13,929 nucleotides of DNA from Candidatus Bathyarchaeota archaeon (GCA_043826455.1 JBDRQD010000022.1:1-13929); one strand, 5' to 3'; shown: positions 1 to 8,829, counted from the first letter of the stretch. Notes: generated from the letters alone by a model not told the origin. Numbers and translations are program-made.

Positions 1-119
1 AATGGAACCCCTTAAATAAATGTGTTTTATAAAACCGGTTTTCTATGATAAAATTCTTCAGAAATGCGCGCGCTTCTCGGGCGTCACTCCTGGGTTTGGT
101 GTGCGCGCAGTTAAACGTC

Positions 120-848
120 TCACGTCATCTCAGCCACCGATTTAAGCACAACATCAGCCCCCGCATCCTTCAAACCAGGGTCCCCCACCCCAATCACCAT
201 TGCCAGTCCCGCGTTGCGGCCAGCCTGAGCGTCAGTTGGCTGGTCCCCTACATATGCCGCCGCGCCAGGCTCCACGTCCAGCAGGCTACAGGCCTCCAGT
301 ATCATGTCGGGGGCCGGCTTACCATCCACCACCATGTCGGCGCCCACCACGACGTCGAAGAATTTTTCGATCTTCAGGTCCCTGAGAACCCCTGAAGTGA
401 TCTTGGTTTCCCCGTTGGTGGCAACACCCAGCCTGAAGCCCACCTGGCTCAGCCTACTTAGAGCCTCGTACGCTCCAGGGAACAGTTTAGGCGTGTAGCC
501 CTGAGCCTGCACACCGTCCGCCTCATCGTAGGCCTTCTGGACAAGCTCCCGGGCCTTATACCATGGGTGACCGTGCTGGTAAAGCGCAGCAGCCGCCACG
601 GCCATGTCCTCCCTCCTGGGGGCCTTGCTGAGGGGTCCAGCCATGTCCACCTCAAAGGTTTCGGGGTTCACTCCCATGAGCTTGGCCCAGGTCAGGGCCG
701 CCTCCTTGCCGGCGGCCTCCCTGATGGCTCTGAGGCGGGCGGATGCCAGGCTCCTGTACCTGTCCCTGTCGTCCACCAGGGTCCCGTCAAGGTCGAAGAG
801 GATGAGGTCCACCTCTGCTTCGATTTCGTCTATTTTGAGGGCGGGCAA
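120..848 (-). CDS. HAD-superfamily hydrolase (phosphoglycolate phosphatase-like)
   Basis: 242-aa ORF with a TTG start. HAD motif I (LILFDLDGTLVD), motif II (VATN), motif III (GKPAPD) and motif IV (YVGDQPTD) are present. Confidence 0.9.
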   Translation of the reverse strand: MPALKIDEIEAEVDLILFDLDGTLVDDRDRYRSLASARLRAIREAAGKEAALTWAKLMGVNPETFEVDMAGPLSKAPRREDMAVAAAALYQHGHPWYKARELVQKAYDEADGVQAQGYTPKLFPGAYEALSRLSQVGFRLGVATNGETKITSGVLRDLKIEKFFDVVVGADMVVDGKPAPDMILEACSLLDVEPGAAAYVGDQPTDAQAGRNAGLAMVIGVGDPGLKDAGADVVLKSVAEMT

Positions 849-928
849 CGTCTCTCAGGTATATATCTGCGCATCCATCAGATAACTTTTAAATGCTGAC
901 AATCTAAATTCATCTCGGTGCAACCCTT

Positions 929-1156
929 TTGGCAACGGCTTTCGTCCTAATTAACGCGGAGATAGGTGCTGAGAGCGAGGTACTGAAGGGACTGAAAGAG
1001 ATCCCTGAGGTGAAGGAGGCGCACATGGTCTACGGCGTCTACGACATCATAGCCCGCATCCAGACCGAGACCATGCAGGAGCTCAAGGACATCATCAGCT
1101 GGAAGATAAGGCGCCTCGACAAGGTCCGCTCCACTCTGACGATGATCGTCGTCTAA
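929..1156 (+). CDS. Stand-alone Lrp/AsnC ligand-binding (RAM) domain protein, no HTH
   Basis: 75 aa, TTG start. AFVLIN...V.EAHMVYGVYDIIA.I...IR.LDKV.ST.TMIV is the typical short archaeal AsnC domain. TATA-like TTTTAAAT lies near 887-894. Confidence 0.9.
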   Translation: MATAFVLINAEIGAESEVLKGLKEIPEVKEAHMVYGVYDIIARIQTETMQELKDIISWKIRRLDKVRSTLTMIVV

Positions 1157-1220
1157 ACCCACCATTCTTTTGTTTAGTAACCTTTTTACCTAGACGATAC
1201 AAGGTTCCCGGCGGAAGGTT

Positions 1221-2552
1221 TTGCTGCTTCACATCGGCCTCGACGACACGGACAGCCCGGAAGGAGGATGCACCACGTATGTGGCTGCGCTTCTAGCTGA
1301 GAGTCTGCTGGCCATGGGCGCGGAGTTCACCGACTACCCCACGCTTCTGCGGCTGAACCCCAACACCCCCTGGAAGACCCGGGGCAACGCCTCCGTGTGC
1401 CTCAGACTCAACCTGGACGAGGCGAGGCAGGGGGAGGCAAAGAAGGCTGCCCTGGAGCTGGTGGACAGGTACGGGGAGTTCTGGTGCGATAACACTAACC
1501 CCGGCGTCGTGTTCCACGTCGGCGAAGTGCCCCAGGAAGCAAAAGAGTTCAGCGACAGGACAGTGAAGCAGATCGTGAGCCTCTCAGAGGCGGAGGCCAT
1601 CATAGAAGGGTATGGGATGGCGGCGGTGGGCTGGAAGAACCGGAGGGGCATCATCGGAGCCCTGGCCGCGGTGGGGGGCACCCTGGAGGGGGACCACACC
1701 TACGAGGTACTGACCTACAGGACGCCCGAGAACTGGGGGCAGGAGAGGAGGGTGGACGCCGAGTCGGTGCGCGAGATGGACCGAGCCCTCGGAGACATCA
1801 CATTCAACAACGTGGACGAGGGGGGGCGCCCACTGATCACCCCCCACGGCCCCGACCCTGTACTGTACGGCGTGAGGGGGGAGACAGCGGGGGCGGTGTA
1901 CAGGGCTTTCACCATGGTGAAGGCACTGGAGCCCGTGGAGCGCTGGATGATCTACAGGAGCAACCAAGGGACAGACGCCCACTTCGGTGCACCCGTTAAG
2001 GTACGTGAACTCAGGCCCTTCAACCCCGCCGTGGTAGAAGCTAGAGTGGTTAACATCCCCGAGACCCTTCAAGGTGGCCACGTGATCTTCAGGGTATCCG
2101 ACGGGTCGGAGGAGGGGGACTGCGCCGCCTACGAGCCCACCGGAGGCTTCAGGCACATCGCATGGGCCCTCATCCCAGGGGACCTTTTACGGATATACGC
2201 AGGCGTCAGGGAGACCGAGGGCGGAGTCACCCTGAACATCGAGAAGTTGGAGGTGCTCAGCCTCGCCGACGACGTGGAGTACATGAACCCCCGTTGCCCT
2301 ATGTGCGGTGGATCAATGGAGTCCATGGGCCAAGGCCAGGGCTACCGGTGTAAAAAGTGTGGTCATAGGGACAGGGGGCTCGTAAAGGTTCCATTCAGTA
2401 AACCAAGGGACTTGAAACCAGGGGTCTACCTCCCTGACAGGGACGCCCACAGGCACCTTACGAAGCCCCTCGAACGATATGGCAGGGAGAAGAAGCACAC
2501 GCCATCCCCCATGATTGAGGGCTGGATAGGTTTCCCCGCCCGCAGCCCATAA
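1221..2552 (+). CDS. tiaS: tRNA(Ile2) 2-agmatinylcytidine synthetase
   Basis: N-terminal IGLDDTDS..GGCTTY, RLNPN.PWKTRGN, PHGPDPVLYGVRG, SNQGTDAH, OB-fold AYEPTG.FR, Zn ribbon CPMCG...CKKCG and C-terminal RHLTKPL.RYG. Confidence 0.96.
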   Translation: MLLHIGLDDTDSPEGGCTTYVAALLAESLLAMGAEFTDYPTLLRLNPNTPWKTRGNASVCLRLNLDEARQGEAKKAALELVDRYGEFWCDNTNPGVVFHVGEVPQEAKEFSDRTVKQIVSLSEAEAIIEGYGMAAVGWKNRRGIIGALAAVGGTLEGDHTYEVLTYRTPENWGQERRVDAESVREMDRALGDITFNNVDEGGRPLITPHGPDPVLYGVRGETAGAVYRAFTMVKALEPVERWMIYRSNQGTDAHFGAPVKVRELRPFNPAVVEARVVNIPETLQGGHVIFRVSDGSEEGDCAAYEPTGGFRHIAWALIPGDLLRIYAGVRETEGGVTLNIEKLEVLSLADDVEYMNPRCPMCGGSMESMGQGQGYRCKKCGHRDRGLVKVPFSKPRDLKPGVYLPDRDAHRHLTKPLERYGREKKHTPSPMIEGWIGFPARSP

Positions 2553-2577
2553 GTAGCTTGTCATCATATTACTACTC

Positions 2578-3111
2578 ATGAAGAAGAGTCTTCCCTCCGG
2601 CAAGTTCCTTCAGGGTGGACCGCCAACCTCAGTGGTTCTCGCCACCTGCGTGGACGAGGATGGGACCCCAAACATCATCACGCTGGGTATGTTCATGTAC
2701 ATCAGCAGCAAGCCGCCACTGGTCTGTATTGGCGTGGCTCCGCCGAGGCACAGCCACAGCCTCATCCTTGAGCAGGGCGAGTTCGCCGTAAACGTCCCAA
2801 CCACAGACATCATCAAGGAGATGCACGAATGCGGGGTGATCAGCGGACGCGACGGAGACAAGTTCAAGAAGACGGGGCTAACGCCCATACCCGCCCAGAA
2901 GATCAGGAGCCCCCTCATCAAGGAATGCTACGGGCACTTGGAGTGCAAGGTGGTGCAAACCCACACATGTGGCGACCACACCCTCATAGTGGGTGAGGTA
3001 GTGGCGGCCAGTGCCGACGAAGGTGTGCTGGAGAACGACAACCTGATCCTCACGAAGGCAAAGCCTGTGATCCAGAAAAACTGGAATTACCACACTGTGA
3101 GGCTACCATAA
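2578..3111 (+). CDS. Flavin reductase-like (DIM6/NTAB, flavoredoxin) FMN-binding protein
   Basis: PNIIT, S..PPLV.I.V...RHS..LI...GEFAVNVP, CG..SGR..DKF...GLT, P.I.EC..HLEC.V and GDHTL.VGEV motifs. Confidence 0.9.
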   Translation: MKKSLPSGKFLQGGPPTSVVLATCVDEDGTPNIITLGMFMYISSKPPLVCIGVAPPRHSHSLILEQGEFAVNVPTTDIIKEMHECGVISGRDGDKFKKTGLTPIPAQKIRSPLIKECYGHLECKVVQTHTCGDHTLIVGEVVAASADEGVLENDNLILTKAKPVIQKNWNYHTVRLP

Positions 3112-3143
3112 TTTTCTTCCACCCATGAGGGTTTGGCTTCGCT

Positions 3144-3158
3144 AAGAAAAAGAAAAAA
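3144..3158 (-). terminator. Oligo-U tract terminator for the DUF4438 operon
   Basis: Plus strand AAGAAAAAGAAAAAA is a minus-strand T-rich tract about 20-35 nt after the stop at 3180, between convergent genes. Confidence 0.5.
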
Positions 3159-3179
3159 GGTTTAGACCCAAGATGGGGG

Positions 3180-4046
3180 CTACTTTAGGCCCCAGAAGTC
3201 CGCTATATTTGCCTTCTTCACAACCTTGGTGCCAAGCCTGCCTTCCTTAGTGCTCAGGATGGGGTTGACCCCGGGGCCGTGGCCCGCGAAGTCGCTGGCA
3301 CCGTGGATGACCACCCCTACGGTCACCGCCCCCTTATAGTATCCGCGGCCGTTCACGCAGAGCTGGTCCTTGAGCGCCACTATGTCCCCCAGCCTCAGAG
3401 ACTCCAAGCCGTACTTCTTCACAGCTTTGGGGTCAGTGGTCTGGATGTCATAGTCCACAGGCTCAGTGTTGGAGCTGAAGCCTATGCCTGAGCCCATGAG
3501 GAACCCTGGCACCTCCTTCACCACGGGCACAACAAGTTTGCCACCCTTCTCCTCCGCTCCCAGGGACTCCAGGAGCCGGGGGCTACACTTGTTCACCCTG
3601 ATATCAGGGTAGTCTAGGAGCCCCATGCCAGCCCCAACGGCTCTTACCTGGACCTTGTCCCCAATGGCCAGCTTCTCCAAGTCCTCCTGACTGAAGTGGA
3701 CTATGTCATCGGCGCCCGCGTGGCGGCCTGTGAAGACGCCCCTGGCGCCCTTGCCCTCTCCACTCACAACCATGGCCTCGTTGCCGATGCACGCCAGTAT
3801 GGCTAGGGCGCAGTCGCTGGGGCTGGGCTTCTCGGTGCCCCTTATGGTGACACCGGGCTCCACGTGGTCGCCGCTGGCCCACCCGAAGCAGGGGTCACCC
3901 ACCTTCAGGTTGTATTTGATGCCCCCCATGCCCAGGCTTAGCTTTGGCTGTCCGTCCCACTGGGCCCGGTATGTTGAGCTGGAGGGTGACACGATCTCAC
4001 CCTGAACAGCCATAATGAGCAGCCTGTCCTTGTTGGTTCTCAGCAT
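3180..4046 (-). CDS. DUF4438 (TM1086-like) family protein, motif-complete paralogue
   Basis: 288 aa. GGIKYNLKVGD, GDHVEPGV, ACIGNEA.VVSG, DYDIQT, LRLGDIVA, GRGYY.GAVTVGVVIH and AGHGPGV match the DUF4438 pattern as I recall it. Confidence 0.85.
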   Translation of the reverse strand: MLRTNKDRLLIMAVQGEIVSPSSSTYRAQWDGQPKLSLGMGGIKYNLKVGDPCFGWASGDHVEPGVTIRGTEKPSPSDCALAILACIGNEAMVVSGEGKGARGVFTGRHAGADDIVHFSQEDLEKLAIGDKVQVRAVGAGMGLLDYPDIRVNKCSPRLLESLGAEEKGGKLVVPVVKEVPGFLMGSGIGFSSNTEPVDYDIQTTDPKAVKKYGLESLRLGDIVALKDQLCVNGRGYYKGAVTVGVVIHGASDFAGHGPGVNPILSTKEGRLGTKVVKKANIADFWGLK

Positions 4047-4047
4047 C

Positions 4048-4926
4048 CTAATCGCCTCCCAGCCCCAGGTAGTTGGAGATGTTTGCGTCCGCGTCCAGCT
4101 TAGGCAGTATCTCCCCGCCCCTGGAGGTCAAGATCACTGTCACCCCGACACCCTGGCCTAGTCTGCCGCTGGCACCGCAGCTGACCACGCCCACAGTGGA
4201 GCCGCCCTCGTAGTAGCCTCGGCCCCAGGCGCTGAGGATGTCCTTGAGGAGCACTAGGTCCCCCAGCCGCAGGTCCTTCAGGTACTCCACGGCGTCTGGG
4301 CTCTGAGTCATCAGGTCCCAGTTGTTAGCCTCGGATGGGGACCCGCCGCTGCCCTGGCCCACGTACTCTGCTGGGACCACTTTAGCCACAGGTACAACGA
4401 GATTCCCCTTGCTCTCCTCAAGACTCATGCCGTCCATGAGCTGAGGGCTAAAACCTACAGCCCTCACACCTGGGTGGTCCGGGAAGGTAAGGCCGACCCC
4501 CACGCTCTTCACCTGGACCTTATCACCAATGGCCAGCTTCTCCAGAGTCCCATCATCGAAGTGGGCCACCACGTGGTGGCCGCCACCGGGAATGTACCCC
4601 ACCTTGCCGACCACCACCCCTGTGCCACCCTTCGCTTCACCGTTCACCACCTTGGCTGCGTTGCCGACACAGCTGAAGTTCCTGAAGCTGCCCTTGGCGT
4701 TGTCGTTGCCGACGCCATCCAGCGAGACGCCGGGCTCCACCTTGTCGCCCCACGCCCACCCGAAGCAGGGGTCCCCGGGCTTCACGTTGTACACGATGCC
4801 GCCTCTGCCCATGCTTACAGCGGGTTTACCGTCCCAGCCGGTGGTGTAGGGGACCTCCACCGAGGCGTGGGTGACCTCGCCTATGACTCCTATCTCCAGA
4901 AGATGCTCTCTGTTAGTCTTTACCAT
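4048..4926 (-). CDS. DUF4438 family protein, divergent paralogue
   Basis: 292 aa, clearly homologous to 3180..4046 (GGIVYNVKPGDPCFGWA.GD.VEPGV, CVGN, LEKLAIGDKVQV, LRLGD, GRGYY). Its stop lies 1 nt before the partner's ATG. Confidence 0.85.
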   Translation of the reverse strand: MVKTNREHLLEIGVIGEVTHASVEVPYTTGWDGKPAVSMGRGGIVYNVKPGDPCFGWAWGDKVEPGVSLDGVGNDNAKGSFRNFSCVGNAAKVVNGEAKGGTGVVVGKVGYIPGGGHHVVAHFDDGTLEKLAIGDKVQVKSVGVGLTFPDHPGVRAVGFSPQLMDGMSLEESKGNLVVPVAKVVPAEYVGQGSGGSPSEANNWDLMTQSPDAVEYLKDLRLGDLVLLKDILSAWGRGYYEGGSTVGVVSCGASGRLGQGVGVTVILTSRGGEILPKLDADANISNYLGLGGD

Positions 4927-5029
4927 GCGAATCCCATGAAGATGCGCCCAATGATTATTTTACAGTAACCCCCCAGCCCACTGTTTAAATAGCTGGCTTC
5001 AGTCCTTTACAGGAAAAGGGCTGATTAGT

Positions 5030-5731
5030 TTGTCACGTGGTCGAGAGTACGATGGAGCCATCACCATATTCTCCCCTGAGGGCCGCATATACCAGGTGGA
5101 GTACGCCCTGGAGCTTGTGAAGAGGGGCAGCCCCATTGTGGGCGTTAGGAGCCCCGAGGGCGTGGTCCTTGCAGCCATGGAGCCTCAACAGAGCAGACTT
5201 GCGGCCCCGGGAAACAGCAAGAAGATCTACAAGATCGATGAACACGTGGCGGTAGCCGTCTCGGGACTCAGCCCAGACGCCAGAGTCCTCATAAAGCAGG
5301 CCAGGTACATCTCCCAGGGTAACAGGATGACCTACGACGAGCCCGTGGACATCGAGGATCTCACTAGCGGCGTAGGCGACCTCCTCCAGCGGTACACTCA
5401 GAACGCCGGCGTACGCCCCTTCGGCGTGAGCCTACTCTTCGGCGGCGTAGACAACTACAGGATCAGCCTCATATCCACTGACCCCAGCGGCAGCTACAGG
5501 GGCCACAAGGCCACGGCCTTAGGCAGAAGCAGTGAGAAGGCCAGGAAGGTCCTCCAGGATCAATTCAGAGACGAGATAACCTTGGATGAGGCAGTCGCCC
5601 TGGCCGTGGAGGCCATTAAGGAGGCCTCCGAGGAGACCCTGACCCCAGAGAACCTGAACATAGCCACAATCCCGGCTTCCACGAAGCAGTTCACGGGCCT
5701 CAGCGACGAAGAGGTCAAAAAGTTCCTGTAG
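5030..5731 (+). CDS. psmA: 20S proteasome alpha subunit
   Basis: YD.AITIFSPEGRIYQVEYA N-terminal signature, KI..IDEH, SGL..DAR.L, YTQ..GVRPFGVSLL and TDPSGSY. TTG start, with TATA TTTAAATA at 4984-4991. Confidence 0.95.
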   Translation: MSRGREYDGAITIFSPEGRIYQVEYALELVKRGSPIVGVRSPEGVVLAAMEPQQSRLAAPGNSKKIYKIDEHVAVAVSGLSPDARVLIKQARYISQGNRMTYDEPVDIEDLTSGVGDLLQRYTQNAGVRPFGVSLLFGGVDNYRISLISTDPSGSYRGHKATALGRSSEKARKVLQDQFRDEITLDEAVALAVEAIKEASEETLTPENLNIATIPASTKQFTGLSDEEVKKFL

Positions 5732-5777
5732 CCGCAGGGTTTATACTGAACCCCCATTTCTCAATGAGTGAACAGTC

Positions 5778-6077
5778 ATGCCAGGTAAGAAGAGCCTAAG
5801 CAAAGTAGAGAAGACCCAGGCAACCAAAGACAAGTCCGAGAAGAAGGAGAAGCGCGACAAGATCATTGGGACCGTTGAAATCCCCGACACCAGCAGCGAA
5901 GAGGTGATGCAGGCCCTCAGAAAGATGAAGGCCATCACACCCAACTCTGTGGCGGCCCAGTTCAACCTGAAGGTGAGCGTAGCCAAGAAGATGCTGAGGA
6001 ACCTGGAGACCGCTGGCACCCTGGAGCTGGCGGCAAGCAGCCAGAACATCAAGGTCTACGCCTTGAATCAGGACTAG
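5778..6077 (+). CDS. rps25e: 30S ribosomal protein S25e (eS25)
   Basis: 99 aa. Lys-rich N-terminus (GKKSLSKVEK) followed by the winged-helix K.ITP..VA..FN.KVSVAKK.LR.LE..G....KVY. Confidence 0.88.
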   Translation: MPGKKSLSKVEKTQATKDKSEKKEKRDKIIGTVEIPDTSSEEVMQALRKMKAITPNSVAAQFNLKVSVAKKMLRNLETAGTLELAASSQNIKVYALNQD

Positions 6078-6448
6078 GCTCGCTCGATAATTATCCTCGA
6101 GCCGCTTCTGAGGCCCTGGAACAGTTCCAGGCCTTCCTGTATCCCCCCCACCCTGTTAACCTGACCGTATGGTGTGATGTCCTTAGGGTAGATACACAGG
6201 GCGTCGCCTCGGGGCCAATAGCCTATGGTGCCGGCCTCCACCCTGCTAACGGGTTTCTCGACACCTCTCTTTATACCCATGAGGACGCTGACGAAACCCA
6301 CGGCGGGGCTGGTCCTGGTGTTCATGGGCAGCCGCTTCAGTATATCCTCAACGGTGAGAGGCGCCGTGAGCCTGTTCAGTATTCCTCTGGCCTCGCCTTT
6401 ACCGACAACAGTGATCTTAATGGGCATCTTGGACAGGCTGTCACCCAC
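6074..6448 (-). CDS. Cyclophilin-like fold protein (TM1367/DUF369-like)
   Basis: AP.TV..I...LP, VE.G.IGYWP.G.ALCI and VN.VG.I motifs. The GTG start overlaps the RimK-like stop; the ATG at 6427 is an alternative start. The stop overlaps the eS25 stop (CTAG). Confidence 0.8.
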   Translation of the reverse strand: MGDSLSKMPIKITVVGKGEARGILNRLTAPLTVEDILKRLPMNTRTSPAVGFVSVLMGIKRGVEKPVSRVEAGTIGYWPRGDALCIYPKDITPYGQVNRVGGIQEGLELFQGLRSGSRIIIERA

Positions 6449-7319
6449 ACTGCTCTACCCCGTACTCTACGATCATCTCGGCGAAGTCCTTACCCGTCGC
6501 CGACTTTATGCCCTGCCACCCCGGGGACGCGTTCACCTCTAGGACCACGGGGCCGTCCGGGCCCTCCAGCAGGTCTATGCCGGCGTAGTCCAGCTCAATG
6601 ACCTCCGTGGCTCTGAGCGCCAGCTTTAGGATCTCGTCGCTTATGGTCTCCTCCACCATCCTGCCTCCCTGGGCGACGTTGCTCTTCCAACTGTTGTCTG
6701 GGAGGTACTTGTATACTGCCCCGGACACCTTGCCGCCTATGACGAAGACTCTTATGTCGCGGCCCGGGTTCTTCACGTACTTCTGGATTAGGAGGGGGTG
6801 CTGCAGCCGCTCCAGTGTGCGGTACGCGTTGTAGGCCAGATCAGTGTCCTGGAACCTCATGCTGCCCCGGCCCATGCTGCCCAGGATGGGTTTGTATATA
6901 ACGTCACCCATCTCCTGGGTCTTCTCGTATGCCCTGGCCAGGCTCTCAGTGGTGTATGTGGAGGGTATGGGCAGCCCGTGCTGGTAGAGCCAGTACTGGG
7001 TCGCGTACTTGTCTCTGGCGCGCCTGAAAGGGTAGCTGCTGTTGATGACCCTGATCCCCGCCAGTTCCATGTGCTCCATGAGGCTGATGCGGCGGGTAAT
7101 CTGCTCACATGAGCCGGGGCCGTAGCTCCTCAGGAGGCAGAAGTCGGCGTCTGTTACCTCCTCTCTGCCCACCCAGAACCTAGGTCCCTCCGGGCTCACC
7201 CAGCTACTCACGTCGCTGGTAGGACCGTCTACGACGGTGTGCCCCATCCGCACCGCGACGTCCACCAGCTCCTGGCTGTTAGCACTCGGCTTTGAGCCGT
7301 GAAGTACAACTATTTTCAT
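6441..7319 (-). CDS. RimK-family ATP-grasp alpha-L-glutamate ligase (RimK/MptN/CofF-like)
   Basis: VIN......ARDKY, P.T, KPILGSMGRG, IQKYV, DIRVFVIGG, WKSNVAQGG, YAGIDLL and LEVNASPGW. Confidence 0.9.
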   Translation of the reverse strand: MKIVVLHGSKPSANSQELVDVAVRMGHTVVDGPTSDVSSWVSPEGPRFWVGREEVTDADFCLLRSYGPGSCEQITRRISLMEHMELAGIRVINSSYPFRRARDKYATQYWLYQHGLPIPSTYTTESLARAYEKTQEMGDVIYKPILGSMGRGSMRFQDTDLAYNAYRTLERLQHPLLIQKYVKNPGRDIRVFVIGGKVSGAVYKYLPDNSWKSNVAQGGRMVEETISDEILKLALRATEVIELDYAGIDLLEGPDGPVVLEVNASPGWQGIKSATGKDFAEMIVEYGVEQCG

Positions 7320-7357
7320 CAGGGTCTTTTGATGTAAACGAGTCTGGGGCTATAACC

Positions 7358-7957
7358 TTAGCTATTTTTCAGGAGAGCCCTGAAGTCAGGGCTCCTAAGG
7401 TAGGGCTTGAACTCAGGGTCGTGAAGGACTGTGACTCGGTGGTGGGGGTTCACTGCTAGGTCATCCCTGAGGGCCTCCAGCATCTTTGTCTTCTGCCCCA
7501 TGACAGCGTAGCCGCAGGCCCGCTCGTAGCTATCCCTCAGCTTGTCCCAGTTAGAGGATAGGCGCTCTGAGGCTTCGCGTTTCTCGCCTGTCGCAGCCAG
7601 TGCCACTCCTCGCGCCAGAACAGCCACAGGGTTCTCCGGGTTCAGCTCCAAGGCAATGTCAGCGTAGTCCAGCGCCAAGTCATACTCCTTCCTGACGTTG
7701 AAGACGTTTGCCAGGCTCGCCATTATCCTGGACTCCTCATGGTCGTCATCAGCATGTTTAACAGCGTCATAGAAGGCCTTCACAGCCTCATCCAGCCTGC
7801 CTTGGAGGGTGAGGACGCGGCCCCTCCACCAGTACCCTAGATAGCTGTCGGGCTCAGTGTCCACCATGGCCTCCGCCTCATTTAGAAGCGAATGGAAGTC
7901 GCCTAGCCCAATCAGGCTGTTCAAGTTTTTCCGTGTTTCCTCGGACTCTAATCGCAT
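7358..7957 (-). CDS. Tetratricopeptide repeat protein with C-terminal TPR-capping motif
   Basis: TPR-like helices (W.RG.VL...G..DEA..A..DA; LA.VF....YD.AL.Y...AL.LNPEN) and terminal AC.YA..G...DPEF..Y...PDF..LL. Confidence 0.8.
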   Translation of the reverse strand: MRLESEETRKNLNSLIGLGDFHSLLNEAEAMVDTEPDSYLGYWWRGRVLTLQGRLDEAVKAFYDAVKHADDDHEESRIMASLANVFNVRKEYDLALDYADIALELNPENPVAVLARGVALAATGEKREASERLSSNWDKLRDSYERACGYAVMGQKTKMLEALRDDLAVNPHHRVTVLHDPEFKPYLRSPDFRALLKNS

Positions 7958-8034
7958 GAAGGTAAGGTGTCTGGGGTAGATTTATGGGGTTCTCATGTGG
8001 AACCTGTTTTATCCTCAGGAGGCATAGGTAGAGC

Positions 8035-8829
8035 GTGGTCGGCGCGTTAGAGGCGGTCATCGTAGGCGCCCTGCAGGGGGTTCTGGAGTGGCTCCCGGTG
8101 TCCAGCGAGGGCAACCTGGTGCTGTTCATGGTTTCTCTCCTGGGGCTTGAGGCCACGGAGACCCTGAGGCTGGCTGTATTCCTCCATATTGGGACAGGGT
8201 TTGCAGCCCTCATCTACTACCGTGAGCAAGTTGTGGAGATACTGCTCGGGAAAAGCGAAGACGGTAAGAGGCTGCGTCTTCTTCTCACTGTCATAACCTT
8301 CGTCACTGGTGTCGTTGGACTACCTGTCTACCTGCTGCTCGATGTCTCCGTCGTCCAGGGGGAGACCATTATGATTGTCACTGGTCTGGCTCTGATTTTA
8401 ACTGGGCTTATGCAGAGGATTAACCGAGACAAGGGCAACAGAAATTCAGGTGAGCTTTCTTGGACCGAGGCAGTGCTTCTCGGTGTCTCCCAGGGGTTGG
8501 CCATAATCCCGGGGCTCTCCAGGTCAGGCGTGACCACCGCTTTCCTCATTTTAAGAGGTTTCAGCGTGGGAGAGTCCTTTAAGCTGTCCTTCCTCATGAG
8601 CATCCCTGCCAGCTTCGCGGCCGGGCTCGGACTCATGGCGCTCGAGGGCGCCACCGTGTCCCAGGCTTCGCTCATAGGATTGCTCTCCGCCGCTGTAACC
8701 GGGTTCATAGCCATGGGTGCACTCATCAGACTGGCTGAGAGGACTAGCTTCTGGAAAATATGTGTAGGCCTAGGAGCGGTAGCCCTCCTTGCGTCTACTC
8801 CGATCCTAGTTGGCTTTCTGATCCGGTGA
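8035..8829 (+). CDS. uppP: Undecaprenyl-diphosphate phosphatase (BacA/UppP family), membrane protein
   Basis: QG..EWLPVSS.G, LHIGT..A, QG.AIIPG.SRSG.T and SFLMSIP motifs, with multiple hydrophobic segments. GTG start. Confidence 0.9.
   Translation: MVGALEAVIVGALQGVLEWLPVSSEGNLVLFMVSLLGLEATETLRLAVFLHIGTGFAALIYYREQVVEILLGKSEDGKRLRLLLTVITFVTGVVGLPVYLLLDVSVVQGETIMIVTGLALILTGLMQRINRDKGNRNSGELSWTEAVLLGVSQGLAIIPGLSRSGVTTAFLILRGFSVGESFKLSFLMSIPASFAAGLGLMALEGATVSQASLIGLLSAAVTGFIAMGALIRLAERTSFWKICVGLGAVALLASTPILVGFLIR

Noticed and set aside
76..94. 7-nt loop with central UCA resembling a tRNA-Sec anticodon arm or split-tRNA half
   Set aside because: No D or T arm, G at the 33-equivalent position and no BHB; likely coincidence.
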